64,000 bases of DNA from a virus: positions 1 through 64,000 of the IMG/VR virus record IMGVR_UViG_3300016469_000277; one strand, written 5' to 3'. Both the position numbers and the translations under genes were made by a program. This document shows, piece after piece, positions 49,380 through 59,000 of this stretch; position 1 is the first letter of the stretch, and every line of letters starts with the position of its first letter. The notes beneath the pieces are model-generated. The model was given only the letters and a program-made list of their open reading frames with translations. It did not search any database and was not told the origin of the DNA.

Positions 49380-49890
49380 TTAAAAATTGATTTAAGTTTT
49401 TTGTTAAGTTAAGAAGCATTCTGTCCACACTAATCTGATCTTCAATAGTTTGTACTGAATGAATAACAGTGCTGTGGTCTTGTCCTCCTATAAATCTAGC
49501 TATTGTGTTTAAAGTCCAACTGGTGTTGTGTTTTAACCAATGGGTTATTAACTGTCTAGCTAGGACTAATTCTCTTTTGCGAGAAGAGGACATTATTATT
49601 TCCCACTTAAGTTTAAAGAAGAAAGCAACTAACTTTCTTAAATTTTCTAATTGTTCTTCTTCTTGAATTTGAAGCTTAGATAAATCTAAACTAATGTTCT
49701 CGTCTAGCTCAAACTCAAGATAGTTCTCTGGTTGAAAATAAATAAAAGCAGAATGATCTGAAAAACAATTCGATATAAGAGAGTCGACTACTTCTTTTAC
49801 TTCTGTGTAAGATTCCTTAATAGTAAGTTCGTTAAAGAGTTTTTGACTAATACTTCTGATTAGTTTTTTTCTTTGGTGGTATGTTGACAT
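49249..49890 (-). CDS. Protein with DnaA C-terminal (domain IV) HTH
   Basis: SSSRKRELVLARQ...L..IA.FIGGQDHSTVIHS. Confidence 0.8.
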   Translation of the reverse strand: MSTYHQRKKLIRSISQKLFNELTIKESYTEVKEVVDSLISNCFSDHSAFIYFQPENYLEFELDENISLDLSKLQIQEEEQLENLRKLVAFFFKLKWEIIMSSSRKRELVLARQLITHWLKHNTSWTLNTIARFIGGQDHSTVIHSVQTIEDQISVDRMLLNLTKNLNQFLNVYIEQYPTGGLGETLEESGNGTTEDRKVRSGEKIEGKCLSQV

Positions 49891-49891
49891 A

Positions 49892-50848
49892 TTATTTAAT
49901 AATATCTAGTATTGCTTGTTTGCCCATTTCTTTGTAAATATCTGAAGGATCCTTGGGTAAGTCCTTTGAATGAATAATACATTCTAATCCGTACATTTCT
50001 GCCATTTTCTTGCAGCCTATTTGTCCTGCTTCGTCGTTATCATACCAAAGTCTGATTCTTTTAAATCTGTCTTTGAGTAGATTAAAAGCATTCTGGCTAA
50101 TAGGAGTGTTTTCGCTTCTTACAGCTACAGCATTTACTCCACAGCCATATAAAGTCATACAGTCCTTACGGCCTTTTGTAACAATTAGTTCATCTCCGGT
50201 AGGAGGAAGTTGATTCCAGCCTTCTAGTATTCCTCCAAAGAAGTTAGATCTAAATTTATTCTTTTTAGAGGCTAGAGGCCGATAAAGTTTAGTTTTACCT
50301 TTCTCGGTGTAACGGTAACAAGGGTCTATATCGTTTTTAATATACCAGAGTTTACCGTTTATCCAGGCTTTGTCTACTTTTCTAACTTCGTAAAAATCTA
50401 ATATCTCAGGAGTAACTCCAAATTGTCCCCAGTAGTTAAAGTCAGTTGTCTTAAAATAAGTGACAGTTGTTTTAATATCACTAGGAGTAACTTCAACAGG
50501 AGGCTTTTCCGCTAGTCTAAGAGTACGAAGTTCATCCATAGTCAAAGAGTTAAGCTGAAAGTCTGATTCAATTTTATAAAGGATATCAGGAAATCCATAA
50601 CCAGTTTTCAGCTGAGCTATATCTAAAGCACTAAAATAAACTTGTTCTGTAGCGTAGTCTACGAAATATAAATTTCCTTTGCTGGTCCACTTATAAAAAC
50701 AAGAAGCATTCCTATCATCTCTGAAAGGATTTACATAACGCTTACCTATTACTACTGGATAGCAATAAGTACTCATTATGGCTTCTTGTCCTACTAAGTC
50801 GTAGATACGCTGAACAGTAGTAAAGGTTTCTATTTCGTGAATGTTCAT
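49892..50848 (-). CDS. dnaG: DNA primase (Toprim)
   Basis: NPFR.D..AS, TKG.KD, YDNDEAG, KDPSD. Confidence 0.85.
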   Translation of the reverse strand: MNIHEIETFTTVQRIYDLVGQEAIMSTYCYPVVIGKRYVNPFRDDRNASCFYKWTSKGNLYFVDYATEQVYFSALDIAQLKTGYGFPDILYKIESDFQLNSLTMDELRTLRLAEKPPVEVTPSDIKTTVTYFKTTDFNYWGQFGVTPEILDFYEVRKVDKAWINGKLWYIKNDIDPCYRYTEKGKTKLYRPLASKKNKFRSNFFGGILEGWNQLPPTGDELIVTKGRKDCMTLYGCGVNAVAVRSENTPISQNAFNLLKDRFKRIRLWYDNDEAGQIGCKKMAEMYGLECIIHSKDLPKDPSDIYKEMGKQAILDIIK

Positions 50849-50854
50849 TTTTAA

Positions 50855-51067
50855 TTAAATATTCTCTAGTACAAAATTAATATCGTAATCTTCTTTTGTT
50901 TCGTCAGTTATTATACTGTCTATTTCAAAACTATCGCATACGTAATTATCGTCTGGTTCTGAAAGAAACTGTTTTAACGCAAGAATAATTGCAGAGTTTA
51001 AATCATCTGCTTCAACATTTATTCTTTTGTATGATTGCCATACTATAGGAATACTGTATTTTTTCAT
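50855..51067 (-). CDS. Hypothetical protein
   Basis: ORF; VEA.....AI..A motif similar to 52721..52972. Confidence 0.5.
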   Translation of the reverse strand: MKKYSIPIVWQSYKRINVEADDLNSAIILALKQFLSEPDDNYVCDSFEIDSIITDETKEDYDINFVLENI

Positions 51068-51068
51068 T

Positions 51069-51329
51069 TTACACTTTTTCGTAAGTCATTTCAAAGATGT
51101 CTGGTTTGCAAGGATAAAATTCTCCCTTAACTCCTTTGATAATATAATCACCTTCGGTTGCAATGTGTTGACCTTCTAAGGTTGGAATTATGCAAGTAGC
51201 AATTCCATTAATACGCTTTTCGATAGTTAGCGTATGTGCATTATCATTCGTAAACGACTTTACTTCATCCCAATTATTACGGGTAAATTTTACTGCTTCA
51301 ATTTCTACTGGTTTTTTTCTGTATTTCAT
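51069..51329 (-). CDS. Widespread phage protein (YRKKPV / PGDYG-like)
   Basis: KYRKKPVEIEA, TLEG, GDYIIKGVKGEFYPCKPDIF..TY. Confidence 0.75.
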   Translation of the reverse strand: MKYRKKPVEIEAVKFTRNNWDEVKSFTNDNAHTLTIEKRINGIATCIIPTLEGQHIATEGDYIIKGVKGEFYPCKPDIFEMTYEKV

Positions 51330-51511
51330 TTTCCGTATTCTTCGTTGTAGTATTGTTCAAATTCATGTATAGCTCCATCTTCATCACCTGCATACCAAGC
51401 ATCTTCAATTTGTTGCTTCTCCATTTCTTTGGCTTGTTCTTCTCTTTGAATGCCTATATACCCATCTTTTTTATATTGCTCAACCAACCATTCTACTGCT
51501 GTTTGTTTCAT
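51326..51511 (-). CDS. Small protein, family A (TAVEW/AKEMEK/YYNE)
   Basis: Start MKQTAVEW at 51511; paralogues elsewhere in window. Confidence 0.7.
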   Translation of the reverse strand: MKQTAVEWLVEQYKKDGYIGIQREEQAKEMEKQQIEDAWYAGDEDGAIHEFEQYYNEEYGK

Positions 51512-51512
51512 C

Positions 51513-51818
51513 TTATTCTGATTTAAAGGTTTCGTTGTAGTATTCTTCTGGATTGGGGGATATTGATGTAGTTCTAAAATTAAATCCATCAATAGTACCT
51601 GAGTGGTAACTATTTTTGATTTGCTCCTTCTCCATTGCTTTGGCTTCATCAACCACATTCCAAAGTGTGCTTTGAGGTAGGGTATATGGAAAAGCAATAA
51701 ATCCACGATTGATTAATATTTGAATCAGTCTATCTACTGCTGTTTGTTTTTTATATAGTCCGTCTTTTGCATCATCGTTCATAATGTCTATAATTAGTTT
51801 CTTTTGTTGGTCTTTCAT
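51513..51818 (-). CDS. Small protein, family A
   Basis: Start MKDQQ at 51818, 4 nt after TATATTTG. Confidence 0.7.
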   Translation of the reverse strand: MKDQQKKLIIDIMNDDAKDGLYKKQTAVDRLIQILINRGFIAFPYTLPQSTLWNVVDEAKAMEKEQIKNSYHSGTIDGFNFRTTSISPNPEEYYNETFKSE

Positions 51819-51830
51819 TTTACAAATATA

Positions 51831-51862
51831 AAAGAAAGAGGGGGATTTCTCCCCCACTCTCT
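51831..51862 (-). terminator. Probable terminator abutting a -7 promoter element
   Basis: GGGGGA-gaaa-TCCCCC hairpin then TCTTTCTTTT. Confidence 0.6.
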
Positions 51863-51880
51863 ACACTATGAAAATACACC

Positions 51881-52696
51881 TTAAAACAATCCGCCAGTAG
51901 AACTGGAGCTGCTTGAAGGTGTATAATCTGGTTCATCATCAATAAAAGGATTTCCGTCATCAACAAATTCCTTCAACAGGAAAGAGTCTCCATAGAAATC
52001 TTTACAACCATATTCTCCTGTGAATTTCTTCTTTACATAATCAGTAATAGGAGAGTTCAAGTGGAGAATCCCTTTAGTAAATACAGATTGGAATTTACCA
52101 TCTCTGATAGTTAAAGGAATTTTAATACCGGAACCTTTAGAATTAAAAGCCTCAAAGAATTCACGAAGTTCGCTTACATTACCTTTAGTAATTGCTTTCC
52201 AATTATCTAGTACAAAAGGTTTTTCTTTTGGTCTAGCGTTGGCATAAGCTTTCAAAAGTTCATAAACATCCTCTTCGCCTGTTTTTGCTTCACGAATAGA
52301 CTTAGTATCTAAACGATAACTAGGATCTTTAGATTGTTGGTCTTGACTCAAAGTAGCCAAGTCAACAGCCCAAGCTGTTTTAGTAAAATTATCAATATAC
52401 TGAGTTTTACCGCTATTTTTACCTACTACGGTTTCATCGTTTACCCAAAGACTAAACTTACCGAGAAGTTCAGTTTCACAGCTTGGGTGATTTTTGTACC
52501 AAAAGTCCAGACGCATTTTTCCTTCGGTCTTATCATACTCAGGATTTTTAATCTTTTCAATGTCTGTGTTAAAAAGACTAGCCAATCCTTTTTCGTTAGG
52601 ATTTACTGATACGATTTGTACAGGAGCATAACCTGTGTAGAGTTTCTTTTCAAAGCCTTGTGCGCTTTCTTCTACTTCATTTACATTAATTGCCAT
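51881..52696 (-). CDS. Putative single-stranded DNA-binding protein
   Basis: Near Sak4-like ATPase; acidic/Ser tail ending LF. Confidence 0.55.
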   Translation of the reverse strand: MAINVNEVEESAQGFEKKLYTGYAPVQIVSVNPNEKGLASLFNTDIEKIKNPEYDKTEGKMRLDFWYKNHPSCETELLGKFSLWVNDETVVGKNSGKTQYIDNFTKTAWAVDLATLSQDQQSKDPSYRLDTKSIREAKTGEEDVYELLKAYANARPKEKPFVLDNWKAITKGNVSELREFFEAFNSKGSGIKIPLTIRDGKFQSVFTKGILHLNSPITDYVKKKFTGEYGCKDFYGDSFLLKEFVDDGNPFIDDEPDYTPSSSSSSTGGLF

Positions 52697-52720
52697 GATT
52701 TTTTGTTTTTAATTTGTTTG

Positions 52721-52972
52721 TTAATTTTGATAAATTGTTTGATAGTCTTTACTTGAATAAAGTTCTTCTGTTGGTTGTCCGTCGTTTTCTTCCTTACTCA
52801 TAAGTTCAGTAGTCTCAAAAATAGGTTCCCAAGAGTACTCACTTACTTTTCCGTTTTCTACTAATTCTATAGCTAGTTTTTTAGCTTCTTCGTAATTTTC
52901 TGCTTCTACTTCAAAGTTAGTTCTGTTCCAACTTGTTACTTTTTGGTCAAAAAAGAATTGAAATTGTTCCAT
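52721..52972 (-). CDS. Hypothetical protein
   Basis: ORF; VEAENYEEA. Confidence 0.55.
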   Translation of the reverse strand: MEQFQFFFDQKVTSWNRTNFEVEAENYEEAKKLAIELVENGKVSEYSWEPIFETTELMSKEENDGQPTEELYSSKDYQTIYQN

Positions 52973-53637
52973 TAAGAATAGTATTCGTCGATTTTTTCTG
53001 AGACATATTTTAAGTCATTGGGAATTTGTGTCTCTTCAAACATTCCCATTGGAGATTTAGCAGGACGCTTTTTAAAACGATTAGTCAAAAGAAAATACTC
53101 TGAACCGCTTTTGCCTTCATCTACATAAGTATAAAGACAAATAGTAAAGAGTCCTTCAAGATTAATGTTATTATCTAACATCTTGCCGATGGTTTTCATT
53201 TTATAGCTTACAATCTCTCCTCCATCTTCTACAGGCTCAGAGTGGCCAAGACAAAATACTTTTAAGTCTTTTCTTAGTCCTCTAGCGTTAGATAGAATAC
53301 TAAACATATTTTGGCCTATCTGAGAGAATTTAGTATAACCTATCTCAGAAGCTCTCTTCATAAATTCAAAGCCCATTACATACTGAATATCGTCGATTAC
53401 GATATTTTTAATGTGGGTTCCTTTCTCGCTGATATTCTTAAGAGTCTCAACGATTTCTTTTGAAGTAGAGATTTCTACATAGTTCTTGTTCTCTAGATTG
53501 TACATCTTAGAAGCTCCTTTGAAAGGAAGTTCTTTTCCTGCTACACCAATGATTAGAGTTTCTTTAGGATCTAATGTCCTAATGCTTGTTGATTTACCTT
53601 CGCCTGAAGGTCCAATGATACCTACTAGTAGTGCCAT
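52972..53637 (-). CDS. Sak4-like / AAA_24 ATPase
   Basis: GPSGEGKST, IVIDD.QY, KTIGKMLD, AKSP.GMF; start MALLV at 53637. Confidence 0.85.
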   Translation of the reverse strand: MALLVGIIGPSGEGKSTSIRTLDPKETLIIGVAGKELPFKGASKMYNLENKNYVEISTSKEIVETLKNISEKGTHIKNIVIDDIQYVMGFEFMKRASEIGYTKFSQIGQNMFSILSNARGLRKDLKVFCLGHSEPVEDGGEIVSYKMKTIGKMLDNNINLEGLFTICLYTYVDEGKSGSEYFLLTNRFKKRPAKSPMGMFEETQIPNDLKYVSEKIDEYYS

Positions 53638-53648
53638 ATCTGATTTAT

Positions 53649-53951
53649 TTAGTTTAGTTGTTTTCTTTCTATGGTAGTCCAGCCAAAAAATGTAGCAAAC
53701 TGTTGAGCTGCTCTTTTGCAAGCTTCTTTGTTTTTAGAAGTTATTTGCATTAGTTCTTTTCTAGCCGGTAAGCTGTTATAAAGATAATTAGTTAACCAAT
53801 CTACAAACTCTTGTTCTTGTTTTTCAGTCCAAGTATAATTAAGATACCAATCGTCTTGTTTAACATATTCGTCTGAGTAAGCTATACCAGTTTCCTCAAA
53901 CATTTTCTCTAAAATGATCCGTAAATGTTCCTTAATTGGCGTTTTTCTCAT
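53649..53951 (-). CDS. Hypothetical protein
   Basis: ORF 4 nt after TATCTTTG. Confidence 0.6.
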   Translation of the reverse strand: MRKTPIKEHLRIILEKMFEETGIAYSDEYVKQDDWYLNYTWTEKQEQEFVDWLTNYLYNSLPARKELMQITSKNKEACKRAAQQFATFFGWTTIERKQLN

Positions 53952-53974
53952 AACACAAAGATAAAGAAAGTGTA

Positions 53975-55105
53975 TTAACTTTCCAAGTTATATTGTTCAT
54001 TTTTACTCTTGTTTACATAATATTCATAGTTATTCTTTGTTCCTCCCATACTTTGTGCTTTAGGCAATTCTTCAAAATAAGGAACCCCTCTAGCAAAGTA
54101 TAAGCCTAGTCTACCTGATAACCCCGATAGACGATCTTTTAAAAATCTAATACTGCGATAATTGTCTTGTAAGTAATTAATGTCGTAACCCTGATGTATT
54201 TCTATGTCGTATCTAAATGGTGCAAAAATTCCTATCACAACATCTGCTGAACGCTGAGTAGTCTTACAGTCTGCTAAGTCTGCTAGACTAGGTTCTAGTT
54301 TAGCTTCTACCAGTTCACCTTTATTAGTGAACATTTGAGATTCACCACTAGCAGCTTGCTGTTGAATAGGCACAAAAATTAATCCGTATCTTTTACAAAA
54401 TATTTCCAGTCCGTAATGATCCACAAAAAACGCAAGAGTCTCTCTTAAGTCATGATAAACTCCTTGAATGGTTTCGGTATGAAGAAGAGAGATATGATCC
54501 ACTACTACAAAGTAATAAGTATCGTCTGCGTGCTTATAGTAAAGAGGATACTTCTTTTCATCTCTTTCCTCATAAACCATTTGGCCTTTGGTTGAATTAT
54601 CGAAATATCTTTCTACGTATTTTTTTATCCCGGTTGGATTAGAGATATGGTCAACGATTTCTACATGGTTCTCAAAGAACTTTAAGAACTCTGATTGACT
54701 TGCTTCTCTAATCCAACCTAAGATTTTGTCAGGGACTGTATAGTTACCAAAACTTAGCATCATTTCTGGTGTTACTATTTTTCCGTGAGTGTAATAAATA
54801 CAGATAGATATTGCTTCTAAGTAAAGTTTTTCTTTAGATTCCTCTAGAGCAAACCAAAATATCTTAATGTTAAAAGGATTCTTCCTCCACTTAATATAAT
54901 TGGAGACTATGATAAGCCATTTAGTAAATTTTGACTTTGCTATACCAGAGGAAGCAGTTATAAGATACATTTTACCTTTAACCCAACCTGGGTAATTATA
55001 TTCGGTTGAAAGTCTATCTAGGTTCCAAGGAATAGAGTTATACTTGCCTTGTAAGCGATTATCTCTATTCTCTTCTATCTTTTTGTAGACTTCTTCAAAC
55101 TGCAT
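53975..55105 (-). CDS. dnaB: Replicative SF4 helicase (DnaB-like, crAss type)
   Basis: ASSGIAKS (Walker A variant), FALEE, VVDH, QQ, P.LADLAD.K, KDR; start MQFEE at 55105. Confidence 0.8.
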   Translation of the reverse strand: MQFEEVYKKIEENRDNRLQGKYNSIPWNLDRLSTEYNYPGWVKGKMYLITASSGIAKSKFTKWLIIVSNYIKWRKNPFNIKIFWFALEESKEKLYLEAISICIYYTHGKIVTPEMMLSFGNYTVPDKILGWIREASQSEFLKFFENHVEIVDHISNPTGIKKYVERYFDNSTKGQMVYEERDEKKYPLYYKHADDTYYFVVVDHISLLHTETIQGVYHDLRETLAFFVDHYGLEIFCKRYGLIFVPIQQQAASGESQMFTNKGELVEAKLEPSLADLADCKTTQRSADVVIGIFAPFRYDIEIHQGYDINYLQDNYRSIRFLKDRLSGLSGRLGLYFARGVPYFEELPKAQSMGGTKNNYEYYVNKSKNEQYNLES

Positions 55106-55602
55106 TATAATTCTCCTCCAAAGCGGTTTTCTTGGCGGTCTTTTCCTTCTTTTAAATAAGCTTCGCACCAAGTAGCAAGATCAGAGGTATCAAATCCTCT
55201 TTCAGTTCTCTTGTAAACAAAATAGTGCGCTTGACGAATATACTGAGGAGTGCCTTGTTTCTTCCAATGTGCAATATACATATTGGTAGCCCCCATTATA
55301 GTGTCTTTGTCAAAGTTGTATTCCTTAATAAATTTCTCCATTTTCTCGCTGACTTGTTTTACAGAACTTGTCTTGCCAACAATTCCTATACTTTTGCGAG
55401 AAAACTTTTCAATAAACTCTTCAAGCCAATCTAACTCTGTGATTAGACTTAAAGCTTTATCTACGTTAACAAGTTCTAGGGCTTCAGGAGTCCAATACCA
55501 CTCGTTACTTTTTTTCACTAGAAGCCCTAGAGCTACCCACTCTTGAATCTTTTGTTCCTTCAAGAGTATCTTCCATAGTACTTCGTAGAATGTTAGTTTC
55601 AT
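55105..55602 (-). CDS. Hypothetical protein, possibly helicase loader/initiator
   Basis: Coupled to helicase; A.YF..K...S.L..WCE. Confidence 0.5.
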   Translation of the reverse strand: MKLTFYEVLWKILLKEQKIQEWVALGLLVKKSNEWYWTPEALELVNVDKALSLITELDWLEEFIEKFSRKSIGIVGKTSSVKQVSEKMEKFIKEYNFDKDTIMGATNMYIAHWKKQGTPQYIRQAHYFVYKRTERGFDTSDLATWCEAYLKEGKDRQENRFGGEL

Positions 55603-55700
55603 CTGTCTTTAATTTTTTGGGGGCATCAAAATTACGTATATAAGTTATACGTGTCAAGTAGTCTTGGGGATTTTCTTCTCTCCTTAATATTTCTTCATAA

Positions 55701-56318
55701 TCATTCATAAATATAAGTTCCTATCCATTCTCTATGTCCTTCTGGAGTGGTGGTTGTTTTTATTTTGTTAGTATTTGCATTTAAAAAACCTTTACCTTGT
55801 TCTCTAATCTCATCAATATTCATTGGGATGGTTACACATTCAAACCCAATAGGCATCTTTGGTTGTGATAGGGATTGTAAAATTTTATCAAACTTCTGCA
55901 TATCAACATAGCCTTTGCCATCCACAATAGAAAATGCTTCGGAAGTTACTCTTATGCCAAAAGTTATCATATCTTCTTCTGTGTATTTGTACTTTCCTTT
56001 TGCTGCCTTGTAGCCAATAACTATTCCTGGGTAAATATCATCTTGAGCAGTCTGATATACAGAGTATGCTTTAGATAGTTGGTTTGCTATATTCGCAACA
56101 TCATCCTCTAACGGCGGCAGCAAATCCACACCTTCAAGAATAGGTGAGCCGTTAAGTGGTAGGTGGCTGATGATGTTTTTTGTTATGCTGTTTTCGCCAT
56201 ATTCAGCACCGCCACTATGTTTTACTTTGTTTATATAGGCATCATAGTACCAACCTTTAATATCACTTTCATCTACTACAAGTAGATAGTCGTCTGTTTT
56301 AATTATTTCGTATTTCAT
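55701..56318 (-). CDS. Family C paralogue
   Basis: IKTDDYLLVVDESDIK N-terminus shared with next ORF. Confidence 0.65.
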   Translation of the reverse strand: MKYEIIKTDDYLLVVDESDIKGWYYDAYINKVKHSGGAEYGENSITKNIISHLPLNGSPILEGVDLLPPLEDDVANIANQLSKAYSVYQTAQDDIYPGIVIGYKAAKGKYKYTEEDMITFGIRVTSEAFSIVDGKGYVDMQKFDKILQSLSQPKMPIGFECVTIPMNIDEIREQGKGFLNANTNKIKTTTTPEGHREWIGTYIYE

Positions 56319-56653
56319 TTTATTTTAAGTTTACCTTCAACAAACTCTACTTCCCATTCTGTACCACCAATATAACCTTTCCAACTTTTCTCACCAATTA
56401 GTTCTTTTACTTCTGATAAGAAAATAATTTCTCCACCAAACCATTCAAGTGATTGTGTTGAGTGGGTGATTTTTGCATAACCTCTTCCATTCAACGATTT
56501 AGAATTGATTATATCGGCTAAACTTCTATTAGCTTGTACAATTATTCCATTGTCAAAACTGTATAACCAATTCCCTTCTTTAATCTCTGAATCATCCACT
56601 ATAATATAGTAGTCTGTGTTAATTTTAATTAATTTCATTTTATTTTAAGTTTA
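56312..56653. repeat. 22-bp direct repeat ATTTCATTTTATTTTAAGTTTA flanking a gene
   Basis: Copies at 56312-56333 and 56632-56653, each spanning a start codon and leader. Confidence 0.85.
56315..56638 (-). CDS. Family C paralogue
   Basis: INTDYYIIVDDSEIK N-terminus; KITHS vs IISHL. Confidence 0.65.
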   Translation of the reverse strand: MKLIKINTDYYIIVDDSEIKEGNWLYSFDNGIIVQANRSLADIINSKSLNGRGYAKITHSTQSLEWFGGEIIFLSEVKELIGEKSWKGYIGGTEWEVEFVEGKLKIK

Positions 56654-56656
56654 ATT

Positions 56657-57550
56657 CTAGAAGCAATAACGAATAGTATTCCATCCGATAATTTCATCGT
56701 GTAGTCTTGTCCACTCTTTAATGTATTGAGCTTTCAATCCTGCTTTGTAGCGGATATTCTTTCCGCCAAACTGAGAGATTTTACTTTCTTGGATTTCAGG
56801 TTTCCAAATTAAGTGTTCTCCGGGTGTTCCGTAAATTAAGTTTCTTTTGTGCTTCTCCTCATTATGGGTAAGGAAGATAACTTCTGCTTTGACTAATTCC
56901 TTATAACTAACGTATTCGTTTACTTGTTTAAACAAATATTCATAATGCTCTAACCATCTATCATGGACTATAACAGGACTAAAGTTTATGTGAACATCGT
57001 ATCCAGCTTCTATGAATCTATTAATTGCTTTGATTCTAGCATCTATAGAACTTGTGTTAGGTTCTAATAAGTCCGAATAGTGCTGAGGCATAAGACTAAA
57101 CCTTATACGTATCTTTCCTTCAGGATTGTACGTACAAAGTTTATCGTTTACATACTTAGTTGCTAAGGATCCCATAGCCCTAGGATGATTCTTAAAGAAG
57201 TCAAAGATGTATTCCCACTCAATATGTTTTGCGTGTAGTGGTAAATCGAAATTGCATCCGATGTCGTAGCTTATAAACTCAGGATGTGTTTGATTCGGTT
57301 TATCCACTACCGCAAACATAGCGTGATTATTAATTTCCGTTAAGATTTGATTTACATTTGTAGAGATTGTTATTCCTTCAGTAACATGTCTTTTACAAGT
57401 ACAATAACTACAGTTATAACCACAGCCAAAAGCAAAACTTGGACTAATAAAATCTGTTGATCTTCCCGAAGGTCTAATAATCATAGACTTTCGAGTTACT
57501 TTTTCAACTAAATGGTTTTGGTTGAATCCAAGTGATGTTTTCTTTGCCAT
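56657..57550 (-). CDS. splB: Spore photoproduct lyase-like radical SAM enzyme
   Basis: GCGYNCSYC (CxxxCxxC), YDIGCN.D, RIRFSL.P, LEP.T....RI.A, NFSPVI. Confidence 0.85.
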   Translation of the reverse strand: MAKKTSLGFNQNHLVEKVTRKSMIIRPSGRSTDFISPSFAFGCGYNCSYCTCKRHVTEGITISTNVNQILTEINNHAMFAVVDKPNQTHPEFISYDIGCNFDLPLHAKHIEWEYIFDFFKNHPRAMGSLATKYVNDKLCTYNPEGKIRIRFSLMPQHYSDLLEPNTSSIDARIKAINRFIEAGYDVHINFSPVIVHDRWLEHYEYLFKQVNEYVSYKELVKAEVIFLTHNEEKHKRNLIYGTPGEHLIWKPEIQESKISQFGGKNIRYKAGLKAQYIKEWTRLHDEIIGWNTIRYCF

Positions 57551-58562
57551 AATATTCTAGTCCTTTACGAGTCCAAACAATATCTCTGGTATTGTTCATG
57601 CAGATAATGTGAAGTTCTGCTTTTTCTCCTTCTAAGAAATTAAGAGTTCTTGCGATTCTTTGCGCTGCTTTAGAACTAGAAGCATAAGTATGAAGAATGA
57701 TTGCTTTGTTTAAGTTGGGAAAAGTCACACCTGCGTTTAACTGATTTACAGTAGCCAGAAAGTTAATTTCTCCTTCGTTGAACATTCTTAGATTCTCTTT
57801 ATTTACTTCGTCAGAGTTTTTAGAATGATACCCATAACGACAAATCTCTCCGCATTGTTGGATAGTTTCCACAAAAACTAAGCATCTGTTGAAAGTACTC
57901 AACAATTCTCTTAATTTATTCCACTTAGTTTGGCTTCCTGCAATACTTTGGATTAGTCTAAGCATCATGTGAAAATTCTCATCTGACTTAGATTCATAAA
58001 AGTTAATCTGAGCCTTTTCACTCCACATACCTCCAGACTTTCTAGGAATGTTTCTAATCTCTGAAGGATTAACCAAGTGTACGTAAATATGATAAGGTTT
58101 ATTTAAAATACCTGTGGTTTCGTCAATAGTTCTTTCGTATCTGACAGGAGTTAAGGTTTCGATAAAAAGCCTTTTTCTAGTACCCTTACGAGGAATAGTA
58201 CCTGTTAGACCGTTTAGAATCTTAGGACGATCTTGAGCAATAAATTGCCATTTAGCTTCAGATAGTTGGTCAATCTCATCAATGATAACAGCGTCATATT
58301 TTCTTAAATCTTGTTTGTCTAGACTAGCAAAAGTTGTAAAAGTGATATGGTCTACATTAAATCCGAACTTTTCTGCGTCAGATTTCCAAGCTTCTGCAAT
58401 AGATTTATTAGGATAAGCTACTAGTACCTCATCATAATAATCTGCTAGCTTCAATCCTACGACGGTTTTACCGCTACGCATAGGCATAACAGCTGTTCCG
58501 CTTCTTGCTTTTAAAGCCTCGAAAGCTTCTTCTTGGTATTCTGCTCTTACATCATTACTCAT
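57504..58562 (-). CDS. Superfamily 2 helicase
   Basis: MRSGKT, IIDEID, GLTGT, GVTFP, QRIAR; start MSNDV at 58562. Confidence 0.85.
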   Translation of the reverse strand: MSNDVRAEYQEEAFEALKARSGTAVMPMRSGKTVVGLKLADYYDEVLVAYPNKSIAEAWKSDAEKFGFNVDHITFTTFASLDKQDLRKYDAVIIDEIDQLSEAKWQFIAQDRPKILNGLTGTIPRKGTRKRLFIETLTPVRYERTIDETTGILNKPYHIYVHLVNPSEIRNIPRKSGGMWSEKAQINFYESKSDENFHMMLRLIQSIAGSQTKWNKLRELLSTFNRCLVFVETIQQCGEICRYGYHSKNSDEVNKENLRMFNEGEINFLATVNQLNAGVTFPNLNKAIILHTYASSSKAAQRIARTLNFLEGEKAELHIICMNNTRDIVWTRKGLEYYGKENITWIQPKPFS

Positions 58563-58803
58563 TGTTGTTAAATGTTTCGTTGTAGTATTGTTCTGCCGAT
58601 TTGTATTTTTGTTCCCAAGTTCCATCTGGTAGGTCAATACAATAATCTCCTTTGTCCCAAGCATCTTCAATCTCCTCCTTGTGCATTGCTTTGGCTTTTT
58701 CAAAAATTTCAACTTCTGTTTTAAATTCTGTTGAATTACCTGATACCATTGCATGTAAATTTTTGCGATAAAATTCTAAGCTACTTAACTTTTTATTTTC
58801 CAT
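58555..58803 (-). CDS. Small protein, family A
   Basis: SSLEF, AKAMHKEEIEDAW, EQYYNETF. Confidence 0.7.
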   Translation of the reverse strand: MENKKLSSLEFYRKNLHAMVSGNSTEFKTEVEIFEKAKAMHKEEIEDAWDKGDYCIDLPDGTWEQKYKSAEQYYNETFNNNE

Positions 58804-58808
58804 CTTGT

Positions 58809-59000
58809 TTATTCTTCAATTTCTATTAAACATTCGTTATAGCCTTTTTCGTAATATTCTTGGTTTTGATTTTCCTCTATTGCTTTGGCTTGTTTTTTTA
58901 CATTATTAAGATGTTCTAATTCTGACCAAGAAAGTTTACTACTAAAAGCAGTAAATACTTCATTGTAGAAAAATTCTACGCTACTTTGTTTGTCAGTCAT
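58809..59000 (-). CDS. Small protein, family A (divergent)
   Basis: KQSSVEF, KQAKAIE. Confidence 0.6.
   Translation of the reverse strand: MTDKQSSVEFFYNEVFTAFSSKLSWSELEHLNNVKKQAKAIEENQNQEYYEKGYNECLIEIEE

Noticed and set aside
51069-51329. Assignment of the YRKKPV protein to a named anti-defence sponge family
   Set aside because: The family pattern is recognisable but I cannot support a specific function from sequence alone
51512-51706. Track's N-terminal extensions of several ORFs (also 53638-53721, 55106-55171, 58563-58754, 61026-61091)
   Set aside because: They overlap upstream genes; internal ATGs match paralogue starts or stop-start coupling
55505-55708. 67-aa ORF
   Set aside because: Half overlaps the next gene and has no motif; may be real but cannot be supported
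44166-58562. Inteins in PolA or the helicases
   Set aside because: Normal lengths, contiguous motifs, no C...HN-[CST] boundaries
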